Of a stretch of 64,000 nt of DNA, positions 11,136 to 21,099 are shown piece by piece (within the stretch, counting starts at the first letter, position 1; every line of letters begins with the position of its first letter). The position numbers and the translations under genes were made by a program. This stretch comes from Minisyncoccota bacterium (lineage in GTDB: Bacteria > Patescibacteriota > Minisyncoccia > Phycocordibacterales > UBA918): contig JAIPIB010000003.1 in the NCBI GenBank assembly GCA_021734905.1, positions 1,334-65,333 of the forward strand. Direction: 5' to 3'. The notes beneath the pieces are model-generated. The model made no database searches. It was given only the letters and a program-made list of their open reading frames with translations, and had not been told where the DNA came from.

Positions 11136-11786
11136 CTAAAATTTAATCGTCTGCTGATTTGAGGAATCATTCCATGATCGCTCCACCTTTTGAAGTGCGG
11201 CGAGAATTTCTCGATACAAAATTGAAAATCGTCGTGCAAGTGGTAAATAAACATTGTATGTCTCATCAACTTTTCGTTTTTGAGACTCAATATCCATTGC
11301 CCACAAAGTCATGAGATTGTCGAGACGATCTGGAAGTTTAAGAATTTGAGCTTCCCGTGGTGCTTCACTTAGCTTGCAGTGGAACTCAAAGTCTCGCATA
11401 CGTTTATCTTCGTTATAGTATGCAAGATCCTCCTCAGATACCCAGAAAACCAGCTGTGCAACATCACTATTGAATCTCTGCGCAAGACGGTCCTGTGTCC
11501 ATCCGGGGATATCTTCCATAATGTCATGGAGAATAGCACCAACGATGATGTTTACATCCCGGACACCCAGGTAAAGAACGATGATCAAAACGACGCGGCG
11601 GAGGTGTTCAAAATATCTTTCGCCTCTTACTCGATACTTATCACGAAACTCCTTTTTTGCCGTATTGTATGCGAACTCTATCAGATGGAACTCATGACTA
11701 TGCCTTGGAAAGATCCGACCTATCACCGAGAAAAACGTTGTACGATCTGGGTGTACTTGAATGAGCTGCTCTATCGTCTCAAGCAT
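11136..11786 (-). CDS. HD-domain protein resembling the RelA/SpoT hydrolase domain (small alarmone hydrolase-like)
   Basis: 216 aa; HLRRVVLI...AILHDIMEDI matches the RSH hydrolase HD motif; no synthetase domain. Confidence 0.6.
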   Translation of the reverse strand: MLETIEQLIQVHPDRTTFFSVIGRIFPRHSHEFHLIEFAYNTAKKEFRDKYRVRGERYFEHLRRVVLIIVLYLGVRDVNIIVGAILHDIMEDIPGWTQDRLAQRFNSDVAQLVFWVSEEDLAYYNEDKRMRDFEFHCKLSEAPREAQILKLPDRLDNLMTLWAMDIESQKRKVDETYNVYLPLARRFSILYREILAALQKVERSWNDSSNQQTIKF

Positions 11787-11837
11787 TTCTTTCTCCTTGC
11801 TTAAGTTAAAGTGTCACCACTGTACCAGATACGTTTC

Positions 11838-13094
11838 TTATGTAAAGGTGCTATTTACAAGAATGCTTTCACGCAGCTTTTTTGTAAAATTAACTATGAA
11901 GTGGAGGTTGTGAATTGATGCTAGGTGTGGACCGAGAATTTCACCAGCTCTAAAAAGATGCGCTACATATGCTTTTGTATAATGCTGTGCAACATATCCA
12001 TCTGAAAGTGAGTCAAGTAGAGAATAATCTGTTGTAAATTTTTCGTTGCGAATATTTATTTTTTTTGTTTCGGGATACATAAAAGTTCCACATGGTGTTT
12101 CCTTCGTAAGTCCCGTGTATACATAAATGCTACCTGTTCTTCCTATCCGCGTAGGTGCAACACAGTCAAACGTATCGCACCCCTGGAGAACACCCTGAAC
12201 AATATCCTCTGGTTCACCAATTCCTAAAAGATGTCGTGGTTTATCTCCTGGCAATATCCCATTTACGATTTTCAGTGATTCTCCCAGATCTTCTTTACTA
12301 AAAGAACCGCCAATTCCAAATCCATCAAAATCCATTGCTGAAAGAGCTTTTGCACTTTCTTCTCGCAAGTCCATATAGCGCCCCCCTTGTACAACCCCAT
12401 ATAAACCTTGAGTTCTTAATGCTTCAAAATTTCGCTTATGAGCCAAAACTGAACGCTTTGCCCAACGATGTGTACGCTCCATTGCTTCCTTTTGATATTC
12501 ATAAGGGGCAGTTGGTGAAGTGCACTCATCGAAAGCAACAATGATGTCTGCGCCTATCGCATGTTGAATTTCAATTGATCTCTCAGCAGTAAAGCGATGC
12601 ATCGATCCATCAATATGTGATGTGAATGTTACACCATCTTCATCAACTATACATAACTTTCCATGATCTTCAGCCTGCTTCTTACTGTAAAGGTTTAATT
12701 CTGATTTAACTGGGACAGAGGTATCACTTTCTACATCACCTTTTGCAAATTTCGTTACCCCCTTTCCAAACGCAGCACCAAGTGAGAAAACCTGGAAGCC
12801 ACCAGAATCAGTCATTGTTGGCATATTCCAGTTTGCAAATGAGTGAATCCCCCCTGCATCTTTGATAATTTTGTGTCCAGGTTGCAAAAAAAGATGATAG
12901 GTATTTGCAAGAGTGACTTGATTACCTACATACTGAGTAAGATCTTCACTCATAAGACTCTTTACACTTCCTTTTGTGCCAACCACTACGAATGCCGGTG
13001 TTTCAATATCACCATGAATTGTATGTATGACACCAGCCCTTGCGAGGGTACCTGACTGATGTTTAATCACCTCAAATCGGACAGGAAGATCCAT
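11838..13094 (-). CDS. tgt: queuine tRNA-ribosyltransferase (tRNA-guanine transglycosylase)
   Basis: 418 aa; TDSGGFQV, AFDECT and LGIGEPEDI Tgt signature blocks; C-terminal extension. Confidence 0.85.
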   Translation of the reverse strand: MDLPVRFEVIKHQSGTLARAGVIHTIHGDIETPAFVVVGTKGSVKSLMSEDLTQYVGNQVTLANTYHLFLQPGHKIIKDAGGIHSFANWNMPTMTDSGGFQVFSLGAAFGKGVTKFAKGDVESDTSVPVKSELNLYSKKQAEDHGKLCIVDEDGVTFTSHIDGSMHRFTAERSIEIQHAIGADIIVAFDECTSPTAPYEYQKEAMERTHRWAKRSVLAHKRNFEALRTQGLYGVVQGGRYMDLREESAKALSAMDFDGFGIGGSFSKEDLGESLKIVNGILPGDKPRHLLGIGEPEDIVQGVLQGCDTFDCVAPTRIGRTGSIYVYTGLTKETPCGTFMYPETKKINIRNEKFTTDYSLLDSLSDGYVAQHYTKAYVAHLFRAGEILGPHLASIHNLHFIVNFTKKLRESILVNSTFT

Positions 13095-13684
13095 TACTTA
13101 ACACTAAGAAGTTCTACAGAAAATATGAGCGTTGAGTTTGGAGGAATCGAACCAATCTGGCGATTTCCGTACGCCATATCACTTGGAATCACGAGGATAC
13201 GCTCACCACCTATTTTCATACCAATCAATCCTTTCTCCCACCCTTGGATAACTTTCCCGGCACCGACAGTGAATGTAAACGGTGTGCCCCTTTCATATGA
13301 GCTGTCAAAACGAACACCGTCCTGTGTAGTGCCGATATAATTTACCGTAACAGAATCCCCATTCTTTACCCCTTCACCGGAACCGATCTTAACATCATCA
13401 ATAACAAGTTTAACTAATTCACCCTCACCCGTTGAAGCATCTCTAAGTGCATTCTCAAGCTCCTTGCTGCTCAGTGGCTTTTCTTGAGCAACTGCAACAA
13501 CAGCGCTCTGTGTCTCAGGTTTTATTGAATCATTCAATGCCAGTGTATTCCCTTGTGTATTGAGTATAGTTAAGACAAGTGCCATGAGGCCTATACTAAG
13601 TAATATACCAACTGCCTCATATTTATTAAATAGATTCATGTAATTTATAGTTATTGGACTATCATAGCTGGGTTCGCAAAACAT
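13094..13684 (-). CDS. FKBP-type peptidyl-prolyl cis-trans isomerase, membrane-anchored
   Basis: N-terminal TM; FKBP domain GDSVTVNYIGTTQDGVRFDSSYERGTPFTFTVGAGKVIQGWEKGL. Confidence 0.8.
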   Translation of the reverse strand: MFCEPSYDSPITINYMNLFNKYEAVGILLSIGLMALVLTILNTQGNTLALNDSIKPETQSAVVAVAQEKPLSSKELENALRDASTGEGELVKLVIDDVKIGSGEGVKNGDSVTVNYIGTTQDGVRFDSSYERGTPFTFTVGAGKVIQGWEKGLIGMKIGGERILVIPSDMAYGNRQIGSIPPNSTLIFSVELLSVK

Positions 13685-13690
13685 GCAACC

Positions 13691-14749
13691 CTACGACTCT
13701 ATATTCACGTTTATGAGACCTTCTGATTGATTTACTTGAAATTCGCTTTTAATGCCACTGAGAATTCGTTTAAATAAAGCTTTAGCGTCTTCATCAGTTG
13801 AAATTCTTGGTTGGCTTTTGCTTTTTAAACTTGAAAATGGTAGAAGTCTATATTCAAGACCTGTATCATGTATTGTCATTTCAACACCAAGACCTTCCTG
13901 AACTTCTTGACTAAAATATTGATCAAAAACAAAATTTCCTAGTGAGTAAAAAATAGGTTTTCCTTTATACAAACCGACGTCTTGGACAACGTGTGGGTGA
14001 TGCCCAATAACAGCATCAACACCATGATCAATTAATAACATTGCGAGCGCCTCCTGGTCATCATTATGAACTAATTGGTACTCATCTCCCCAATGAATAA
14101 AAACAATTTGAACGTCGCTTTCAGTTGCAACAGCCTCAAGCACCTCCTCTAAATGACTTGTATCAATCTTCTGAAAAATTGTATTAAGAAATACGAAACC
14201 AATTTTTTTCTCTTCTAAAGACTTGAATGCAATTGAATATTCATCAAGAGCATTTGGTGTACCTACACATACGAGTAAAAGATCTGAACAGTACTCCCTT
14301 GTGTAGGAGAGTGCTTCATTTCCAAAATCAAGACTGTGGTTATTTGCGAGTGAAACAACATCAAACCCAATATCCTTCAGGTGACTAAGATTTTCTTTTT
14401 CTATTGAAAAACGAAAACTGCCACTTGGTGTCTGGAAATGATCTTTACTAACTATTCCTTCAAAATTACCAACGGTGAGGTCTGCAGAAAAAAGCAAGTC
14501 GACAACATGATCGAATGGGTACATCAGACCCTTATTCTTTGTAAGTGTTTCAACAAAACGACCCAACATAATATCACCAACAAAAAGAATTGTTGGTGAT
14601 ATTTTTTCTGTTTTAGTTGTTTCTGATACAACCACTTCAGGCAGCGCTTGTTCGTATACGGTGTGAGGAATTTTACCGACCACAGGCTGAACAGCGAGCG
14701 CTGACAAGACGACAACGCTATATAAAGTTCGATTACTCAATAAACCCAT
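13691..14749 (-). CDS. CapA/PGA-cap family metallophosphatase
   Basis: ILFVGDIMLGR and ANNHSLDFG calcineurin-like motifs typical of CapA. Confidence 0.75.
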   Translation of the reverse strand: MGLLSNRTLYSVVVLSALAVQPVVGKIPHTVYEQALPEVVVSETTKTEKISPTILFVGDIMLGRFVETLTKNKGLMYPFDHVVDLLFSADLTVGNFEGIVSKDHFQTPSGSFRFSIEKENLSHLKDIGFDVVSLANNHSLDFGNEALSYTREYCSDLLLVCVGTPNALDEYSIAFKSLEEKKIGFVFLNTIFQKIDTSHLEEVLEAVATESDVQIVFIHWGDEYQLVHNDDQEALAMLLIDHGVDAVIGHHPHVVQDVGLYKGKPIFYSLGNFVFDQYFSQEVQEGLGVEMTIHDTGLEYRLLPFSSLKSKSQPRISTDEDAKALFKRILSGIKSEFQVNQSEGLINVNIES

Positions 14750-14769
14750 TTTGATATTTGATACTAACC

Positions 14770-15810
14770 CTAAAGTTCATTACTATGCACATTGTAAAGT
14801 TCTAGGAAAACAAGGAAAAGACTTAGGATCACTGGACCAATAATAAATCCCACAGGGCCAAATAGTACAATTCCGCCCAAGACTGACATAAGAAGCAAGA
14901 ATGGATGAACTTTGTTGCCCCGACTCATTACATATGGTCCAAGTAGATTATCAATGAGTCCAACTGCAAGTGCGCCCCATAGAGCGAGCGCTACAGCAGA
15001 CAGATGCTCCCCTGTTGCAAATAGATAAATAATAGACGGCACGAATACAATTGTTGTTCCAACACCAGGAATAAGAGCACCGAAAGCTGCAATACAACCC
15101 CAAAGGATGGCACGATCAAAACCGAAAATTGAGAGACCCACCGCAGTAAGGACACCTTGAACAATAGCGATAAAAACGCTCCCGAGTGCAACTGATCGCA
15201 CTGCAACTGCTAGTCGTCTTAGTATAAGCTCATCGTCAATATCTTTGAGAGGACTTAGGTACACTAAGTACGTAGTGAAAACTTTTCCATCTCTGAAGAA
15301 ATAGTATGCCGCGACAAGTGTTATAAAAAAAAGAAATATTGTAGATGCAGTTCCAGCAAAAATACTAACCAGGTTACTTGCTACAAAACTAGCGGCTTGT
15401 TGAACTACATCAGTAGTACCGAATGTAAATGTTGGGATTATTTTCTGCAGAAAAAGCTCTGCTTGTGAAAGAAAACCAAGAAAAGAAACACTACTGCTAA
15501 CATTAACGAGTTCATATATGGAAAGTGCTTCACGTAAAATAAATGAAGCTAGAAAAATAAGGGGGAGAAAAATAACCACAACAATCATCACAAGAGAAAG
15601 CAGGGCCGCAAGTGTCGTGCTGTGGTTTGGAATAACATGAATTATTCTTTCATACAGTGGGTAACATATCGTTACAATTATTGCAGCAAGCGCAATAGCT
15701 CCCATAAACGGTGAAAAAAGTTTCCAAACTAAATATCCCGATGCAAAAAGTACTACAAAAAAGAATGTGTGTTCAAGAAATTTTCTAGAAGAAGGACTCA
15801 TACTGAACAT
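14770..15810 (-). CDS. AI-2E family (PerM/UPF0118) membrane transporter
   Basis: 346 aa polytopic membrane protein with AI-2E-like TM topology and conserved Gly-rich C-terminal TM region. Confidence 0.65.
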   Translation of the reverse strand: MFSMSPSSRKFLEHTFFFVVLFASGYLVWKLFSPFMGAIALAAIIVTICYPLYERIIHVIPNHSTTLAALLSLVMIVVVIFLPLIFLASFILREALSIYELVNVSSSVSFLGFLSQAELFLQKIIPTFTFGTTDVVQQAASFVASNLVSIFAGTASTIFLFFITLVAAYYFFRDGKVFTTYLVYLSPLKDIDDELILRRLAVAVRSVALGSVFIAIVQGVLTAVGLSIFGFDRAILWGCIAAFGALIPGVGTTIVFVPSIIYLFATGEHLSAVALALWGALAVGLIDNLLGPYVMSRGNKVHPFLLLMSVLGGIVLFGPVGFIIGPVILSLFLVFLELYNVHSNEL

Positions 15811-16167
15811 TGTATACTGAATTTTAAAATCAACAAAGGCCGGAAAACGAATTCCGGCCTGTGAGTTTATTTCTCAAATTGTTTTTGAGATTGGACTGCT
15901 GCTGATTCTACTGCTTGAAATGATGCAGTGAGTGCGCTATCCAATGCTAAAAACGACTGAGAGAAGAGTGATGACAAATACCAAAGTATGAGTAGCACTC
16001 CAATTGCTCTAAACATAGCTTGAACTATTACAACCTTTACTACGAACGACTGATTCGTAGCCCAAATATTTCTGGTGGTCGCAACTGTCAAACCTCTCCT
16101 TTTATATTATACCATAATTCTTTTATTTTTCAAAATAATCTATCTCCAACAACTTTTATATCCCGCT

Positions 16168-16737
16168 CTACCTCAAGATTAATTCAACGTATTCTTGCAG
16201 TTCATCGTTTGATAGAACTCCCCTTTTGTGTCCAACAAGTATCCCATCTCTGTTATAGAACAGTGTCTCTGGCATTGCATATCCTTCGACTGCCTTATAG
16301 AAATGGTCGCTTTGATCAGCTATAACAACAAGCCCTTCAGGAGTACCAATGAAAGCAAGATACGCTTTCATTGTACTGAGACTCTCCATTCTATTTATTG
16401 CTAAAATCTCGACAGACTCACCTTTTTTCTTCTTCACTTCTGACAAAAGGAGTAACTCAGACTGCGAAAATGGAATCCAGCTTGCCCACGAATTAATGAT
16501 AAGTGGCTTTCCCTTGAAACTAACTAGTTCAATTATTTCACCGTTAATATCTGTATATGGAGAAGCAACGTCGGGATCAATCATCTTAAGGTCATCTGAC
16601 AGACCTGAAAAAATACCTCGTGAAGTCGTATATGAATAGGTTAGATAGCCCGTAATTATAAGAATTCCAACAAGTAAGGAGAGTGTCTTCCAATTATCTT
16701 TAAGTTTCTCTTGCATATCAGGAAACAAGTGCCTCAA
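16168..16737 (-). CDS. thioredoxin-fold TlpA/ResA-like protein lacking the CXXC active site
   Basis: N-terminal TM; GKPLIINSWASWIPFSQSEL occupies the position of the FWASWCxPC motif but both Cys are replaced (I and S). Confidence 0.55.
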   Translation of the reverse strand: MRHLFPDMQEKLKDNWKTLSLLVGILIITGYLTYSYTTSRGIFSGLSDDLKMIDPDVASPYTDINGEIIELVSFKGKPLIINSWASWIPFSQSELLLLSEVKKKKGESVEILAINRMESLSTMKAYLAFIGTPEGLVVIADQSDHFYKAVEGYAMPETLFYNRDGILVGHKRGVLSNDELQEYVELILR

Positions 16738-17285
16738 CCTTTAATAAATAATTCAAAATCCTCTGGAACTTCTCCTTGTAAGGCAGGGACAAGATTGAGG
16801 TCAACAGTTCGTCCATTGAAAGTTGCAGTTATGAGAGCATCCTCATCAGCATCAAATGGAACACTGAAACGCTGAGGTGTAATGACGTCTGCGCAAGATT
16901 CAGCATGATTGATTACCTCAAAGTCAACAGTTACTTGATTTGAGACGACTCCTCCACTTCGAGTAGACCAATTGAGGAGATCACAAGGTGTGGGCATAAT
17001 AATTTCACCAACAATTGTATGCCTTGGAGTAATATAGTAGTGCTTTGCATCAATTCGGGTAATATTTTTATATGGAGAATCACTATCGACAACTTCCGTA
17101 ATTTGAGTTGGCTTCGCTTCTTCAATTTCTGCACGCTTTAAAAATGCAAACACAAACATTCCTGTAATAATAAGTGCTAATACAACCACTGAAGCAACAA
17201 TGCCTTTATGTTCCATAATAATATTTTTAGATAAATAATAAGTTAGTTCATTATACCACCAACAAGCTTGATCCACTGAATACAA
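16734..17285 (-). CDS. hypothetical membrane-anchored protein (true start probably at the internal MEHKGIVA)
   Basis: single N-terminal TM (IVASVVVLALIITGMFVFAFL), extracytoplasmic C-terminal domain with 2 Cys. Confidence 0.4.
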   Translation of the reverse strand: MYSVDQACWWYNELTYYLSKNIIMEHKGIVASVVVLALIITGMFVFAFLKRAEIEEAKPTQITEVVDSDSPYKNITRIDAKHYYITPRHTIVGEIIMPTPCDLLNWSTRSGGVVSNQVTVDFEVINHAESCADVITPQRFSVPFDADEDALITATFNGRTVDLNLVPALQGEVPEDFELFIKG

Positions 17286-17286
17286 T

Positions 17287-18597
17287 CTATTCTACTACAG
17301 ATCCGTCCTTTATTGTCGTTTCGACGTCTCCGTTGTTAATAATAACTTTATAGTTATCGTGTTTCTCTGTAGCTTTTCCGATGTATAGGGTTGCCGTAAT
17401 AAATATTCCAATAAGGATACAGATAGAGATGAAGAACATTTTATATTTCAAAACAAATTCAACAATAATTCTAACTACTCCTTTTGACTCATCCATTTTA
17501 CGAAGTTGCTGGCGTAGGTCCAAGACACCATCATGAATAGGTGCTGCCATGCGGCGATAAAAAATTCTTTCATTTCGGTTCTCAAATTTATTGTCAGTAC
17601 CAATACTCAATTCTGATTGTTTATGGCCCACATCCACACCAGCCAAGGTAAGCATCCGCCGTACATAGGCCTTAACCATCCAAACAATGAGCGCAACAAA
17701 TAATGCAATAATGGCCAGCGTAAGTAACGTTATTTTCACGGGGATAACCCAAAAATATGCTATCGATGTGACACTCATTATCTCATCTACTCCATACGCA
17801 AGTGTCGCGACGGCCTTATATCTTCCTATATCTGTAATGTTGAACTGGCTTTCCCAGGTAAATTGAAATTCACGGATACTTTGCGGTAAAACATTTCCAA
17901 AATGCGTCTGGTAATTTATGGGAATTATTCCTCGTTGGGTCCCCCACATATTAGTTATAATAATGTCGCCACGGGGCTGTAAATGTACATTGCCTTTATT
18001 TTCAAATCTCAAGATGAAATCTGTCTTTGGCTTCTCGATAAAGGTGTCGATTGCTCGAAATTCTCTTATATTTCCAAGCTCGGATACATCTCCCTCAATT
18101 CGTAAAAAAAATAATGTCGTTACCGCTTGTGATGTTCGCACAGCCATTTTTTGACCATCAGATGCGGGGGGTTCTGTCGAAATCAGTATTGCAGCATAGT
18201 GCCCACCAGGTGGTGCGTCTGGGGGAATCTCTACGAAAAATGAAATTTCTTTGCTTTGCTCAGGTTCAATAACTTGCGGATCTTTTGATATTTGAATCCA
18301 TGATGCAAAACTTGTCCTTGTTAAGTCTTCATCAATGAGTGGAACAAACTTACCTTCCCCATTTTCCCCCGTTGCCTTAAAATTTACAACTTCTGCATAA
18401 ACTGTAAGTGGATATGAATTTCCATTCACCACCTTTACGCTACTCTGCCAAATATCTCCAGGGAGTGCTGAAAGTTGAAAAAGTGGCGGAGTGACGCTTA
18501 AAATTTGGCTTTCTTGTGCAAACACACTAATCACAGGAAATAATGTCGCCGTAAGCGCAAGTGTGAAAATTGAAATTTGAAGTATAGATGTACGCAT
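17287..18597 (-). CDS. secreted/cell-surface protein, paralogue of 18597..19664, with extra C-terminal TM segments
   Basis: signal peptide; C-terminal block FWVIPVKITLLTLAIIALFVALIVWMVKAY matches FYVFPIKLILTILSIVILIVGAFAWYSHKRY of its neighbour; DUF916/DUF3324-like architecture (tentative). Confidence 0.5.
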   Translation of the reverse strand: MRTSILQISIFTLALTATLFPVISVFAQESQILSVTPPLFQLSALPGDIWQSSVKVVNGNSYPLTVYAEVVNFKATGENGEGKFVPLIDEDLTRTSFASWIQISKDPQVIEPEQSKEISFFVEIPPDAPPGGHYAAILISTEPPASDGQKMAVRTSQAVTTLFFLRIEGDVSELGNIREFRAIDTFIEKPKTDFILRFENKGNVHLQPRGDIIITNMWGTQRGIIPINYQTHFGNVLPQSIREFQFTWESQFNITDIGRYKAVATLAYGVDEIMSVTSIAYFWVIPVKITLLTLAIIALFVALIVWMVKAYVRRMLTLAGVDVGHKQSELSIGTDNKFENRNERIFYRRMAAPIHDGVLDLRQQLRKMDESKGVVRIIVEFVLKYKMFFISICILIGIFITATLYIGKATEKHDNYKVIINNGDVETTIKDGSVVE

Positions 18598-19664
18598 TAT
18601 TTTTTCTTTAAATCTATATCGTGATCTTTTGCTTCACTTAACGAACCTCTAACATGGACCATTAAATGTTCGCTATCATCTATAGACTCCGAATCAAAAT
18701 ATCTTTTGTGAGAATACCATGCAAAGGCACCCACGATAAGAATTACAATCGAAAGTATGGTCAAGATTAACTTAATTGGAAATACATAAAAGTAACTTGT
18801 ATCCTGCAGTGATGCCCGAGGAGACGAACCGTACTCTACGGTAAGAAATGCTTTGTATTTACCAAACATGCCCTCTGTTGGGACATTCGACACAAAATCA
18901 TATGCACCTCCTGGTGGAATCGTTACATTTTCATCATTAATTGTGAGCGATGCGACCTCCTGCCCCTTTCCATCATAGATAATGATTTCACCAGTTGGTG
19001 TAAGAACTTGATCACCTGGATTCTTAAAAGAATATAGAGCAGCCTCATTATCAGCCTTAGTTACAAAACGATTTATGAAAAATTTTGAAAGTTTTAAAAA
19101 TTCTACTTTCTTTTCACGAATTGTCACCGTGACCACAGTACCTGGAGCTTGTCCGTTTTTTACTTGTTTCTCAGCTTCATTACGATTGTCACCATTACCA
19201 AAACCGATAAATGCATGGTAGGTGCCTGGAACTGCCTGGGGATTGATCCTAAGAGTGAGATCGATTACCTCAACTTTTCCTCGAGGAAGATCAATCCCCT
19301 TTCTACTAATCTCTATCCATGACGCAAGTGACTGCGTACGATCGCTTTCAACTGGTGATAAAAATTCTTCTATGGCACCTTCCTCGCTACGCGAAATATT
19401 GTTAACTGTTGGATAAATAGTCACCGGTTCTCCTCCAATATTTGTGATCGTAATTGCTTTTTTGATTATATCGCGTGACTCGACTATTGAGTCAATCACG
19501 AGAGGTGTTACAGAATACTCTGGAGCCGCCTGTATATGTGCATGCGGAATAGAAAAAATGACTACGCAAGAAATAAATATTTTTTTAAGAAGGCTGTAAA
19601 TCATATCTACATTAAAACATTGGGACGGAGATATATCTAATATTATTCTCATACAAACCCGCAT
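18597..19664 (-). CDS. secreted/cell-surface protein with C-terminal TM anchor and charged tail (DUF916/DUF3324-like, tentative)
   Basis: signal peptide MRIILDISPSQ...AHIQA, beta-rich ectodomain, C-terminal TM + KK tail; paralogue of the upstream gene. Confidence 0.5.
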   Translation of the reverse strand: MRVCMRIILDISPSQCFNVDMIYSLLKKIFISCVVIFSIPHAHIQAAPEYSVTPLVIDSIVESRDIIKKAITITNIGGEPVTIYPTVNNISRSEEGAIEEFLSPVESDRTQSLASWIEISRKGIDLPRGKVEVIDLTLRINPQAVPGTYHAFIGFGNGDNRNEAEKQVKNGQAPGTVVTVTIREKKVEFLKLSKFFINRFVTKADNEAALYSFKNPGDQVLTPTGEIIIYDGKGQEVASLTINDENVTIPPGGAYDFVSNVPTEGMFGKYKAFLTVEYGSSPRASLQDTSYFYVFPIKLILTILSIVILIVGAFAWYSHKRYFDSESIDDSEHLMVHVRGSLSEAKDHDIDLKKK

Positions 19665-21099
19665 CTTGCAAATCTCTTACTAAGATGCGGAAGACAATAT
19701 CTGTCGTTTCACCAGTAACTGGTTGAGAACTATATGACACTTCTTCTGGCGTTGTTGTGCTCAAACGAGCGTACGTGTCAATTGCCGAAAACCTCGTTGC
19801 GTCTCCTTGAAGGGTAGCATCTGTCGTATGATAACCAAAACAGCTTGTTGAAGATGCGTGACAGGCGGCACTCCATGCAGATGGTGCTGCGTTAGTACTG
19901 GAAATTTGTTTTATAACTACTCCTGACGAACTAACCAGATCACCATCCATCGCCATAAGTATTTGATGCCCTTGCGTTCCGTTTGAATCAACGACCAAAC
20001 GATGAGCGCCTTCTACAAAAGTATTAAGTGGAACCTTACCAAATGGTACGGATGTTGGTGTCGTATCGATATCAAGTGTTACTCCAGCAATTACCGTTGA
20101 CGAGGCCACAGCATCCATTGTAAATTGCAAACTCGCTCCCTCTGTTGCAAGAGACGGGTACGATTCTCCTGAATTTGTAAAGACAGGAATATCCTGAGCG
20201 AGACCGTACAGCCTGAAATAGTAGATTTGGTTAACTCGAGGTCCTGCTGACTTAATTGTGAATTCATACTCAGTTGATGCACCTCCTTTGTGTCTAAATC
20301 CTGTGAGATTATCTGATGATTCATTATGAGTTCCACATCCATCACCTATTCCTGAAGCACAGCTGTCAGCATCAGAAATAACTTTTGTAGAGATGACAGC
20401 ATTATCAACACCTCCTCCATCTGCATAACACCAAGTTGATGTAGCGAGGCACGTTGATGAAGCGACGACGTCAAATGGTATAGAGAAATTAGCATACTCT
20501 GAGTACTGAAGTTTGAAACGAACATCGTCACGAGAAATATTTTCCGTCTCCTTAACTGTTACCCTCAATTTCACGATTTGTCCATTTGTAATATCAACCG
20601 GGGTTACATTCTCATTGGCAAGTGGGGTACTTGGTGTCTCATTTGTTTCGTCATCGTAAAACCTCCAATTCTGTGATTTTGGTGTAAAACTAGAAGTACG
20701 TATTTGAGGGTAGTTTGAGTAGATGTCGAGTTTTGTCCCATCCACATCCACCATTCTAAAGCAGTAGTATGTCTCAGCTGTTGCGCCATAGATAGCAGCA
20801 ACGACAATTGAACGATCTTTCGGAGTAACCGAACGATCAACAACAAGGACATCCCCGTCAAATATTTTTGCACCTTGCATAGAATCACCTTCTACGCGCA
20901 CGAAAAACGTTGATGCTGGATGTTTGACGACCAGATCATTAATATCCAAGACCTTTTCAATCAAATCATCGCCAGGGGCAGGAAAACCTGCCTGCGGTCT
21001 AGAACTAAACAATGGAAGCTCTAAATCACTATCTTGAATACCAATTCCTTCAAGTACCACAACATTTGCCTCGTGCCTTTTTATGCTTTTTTCTTTCAT
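19612..21099 (-). CDS. fusion protein: N-terminal LexA/UmuD-type S24 peptidase domain + ~360-aa Thr/Ser/Gly-rich C-terminal domain
   Basis: AGFPAPGDD...HPASTFFVRVEGDSMQGAKIFDGDVLVVDRS aligns with the UmuD/LexA S24 core (GFPSPA...GDSM...DGD). No signal peptide. Continuous 495-aa ORF overlapping the downstream gene by ~50 nt. Confidence 0.6.
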   Translation of the reverse strand: MKEKSIKRHEANVVVLEGIGIQDSDLELPLFSSRPQAGFPAPGDDLIEKVLDINDLVVKHPASTFFVRVEGDSMQGAKIFDGDVLVVDRSVTPKDRSIVVAAIYGATAETYYCFRMVDVDGTKLDIYSNYPQIRTSSFTPKSQNWRFYDDETNETPSTPLANENVTPVDITNGQIVKLRVTVKETENISRDDVRFKLQYSEYANFSIPFDVVASSTCLATSTWCYADGGGVDNAVISTKVISDADSCASGIGDGCGTHNESSDNLTGFRHKGGASTEYEFTIKSAGPRVNQIYYFRLYGLAQDIPVFTNSGESYPSLATEGASLQFTMDAVASSTVIAGVTLDIDTTPTSVPFGKVPLNTFVEGAHRLVVDSNGTQGHQILMAMDGDLVSSSGVVIKQISSTNAAPSAWSAACHASSTSCFGYHTTDATLQGDATRFSAIDTYARLSTTTPEEVSYSSQPVTGETTDIVFRILVRDLQDAGLYENNIRYISVPMF

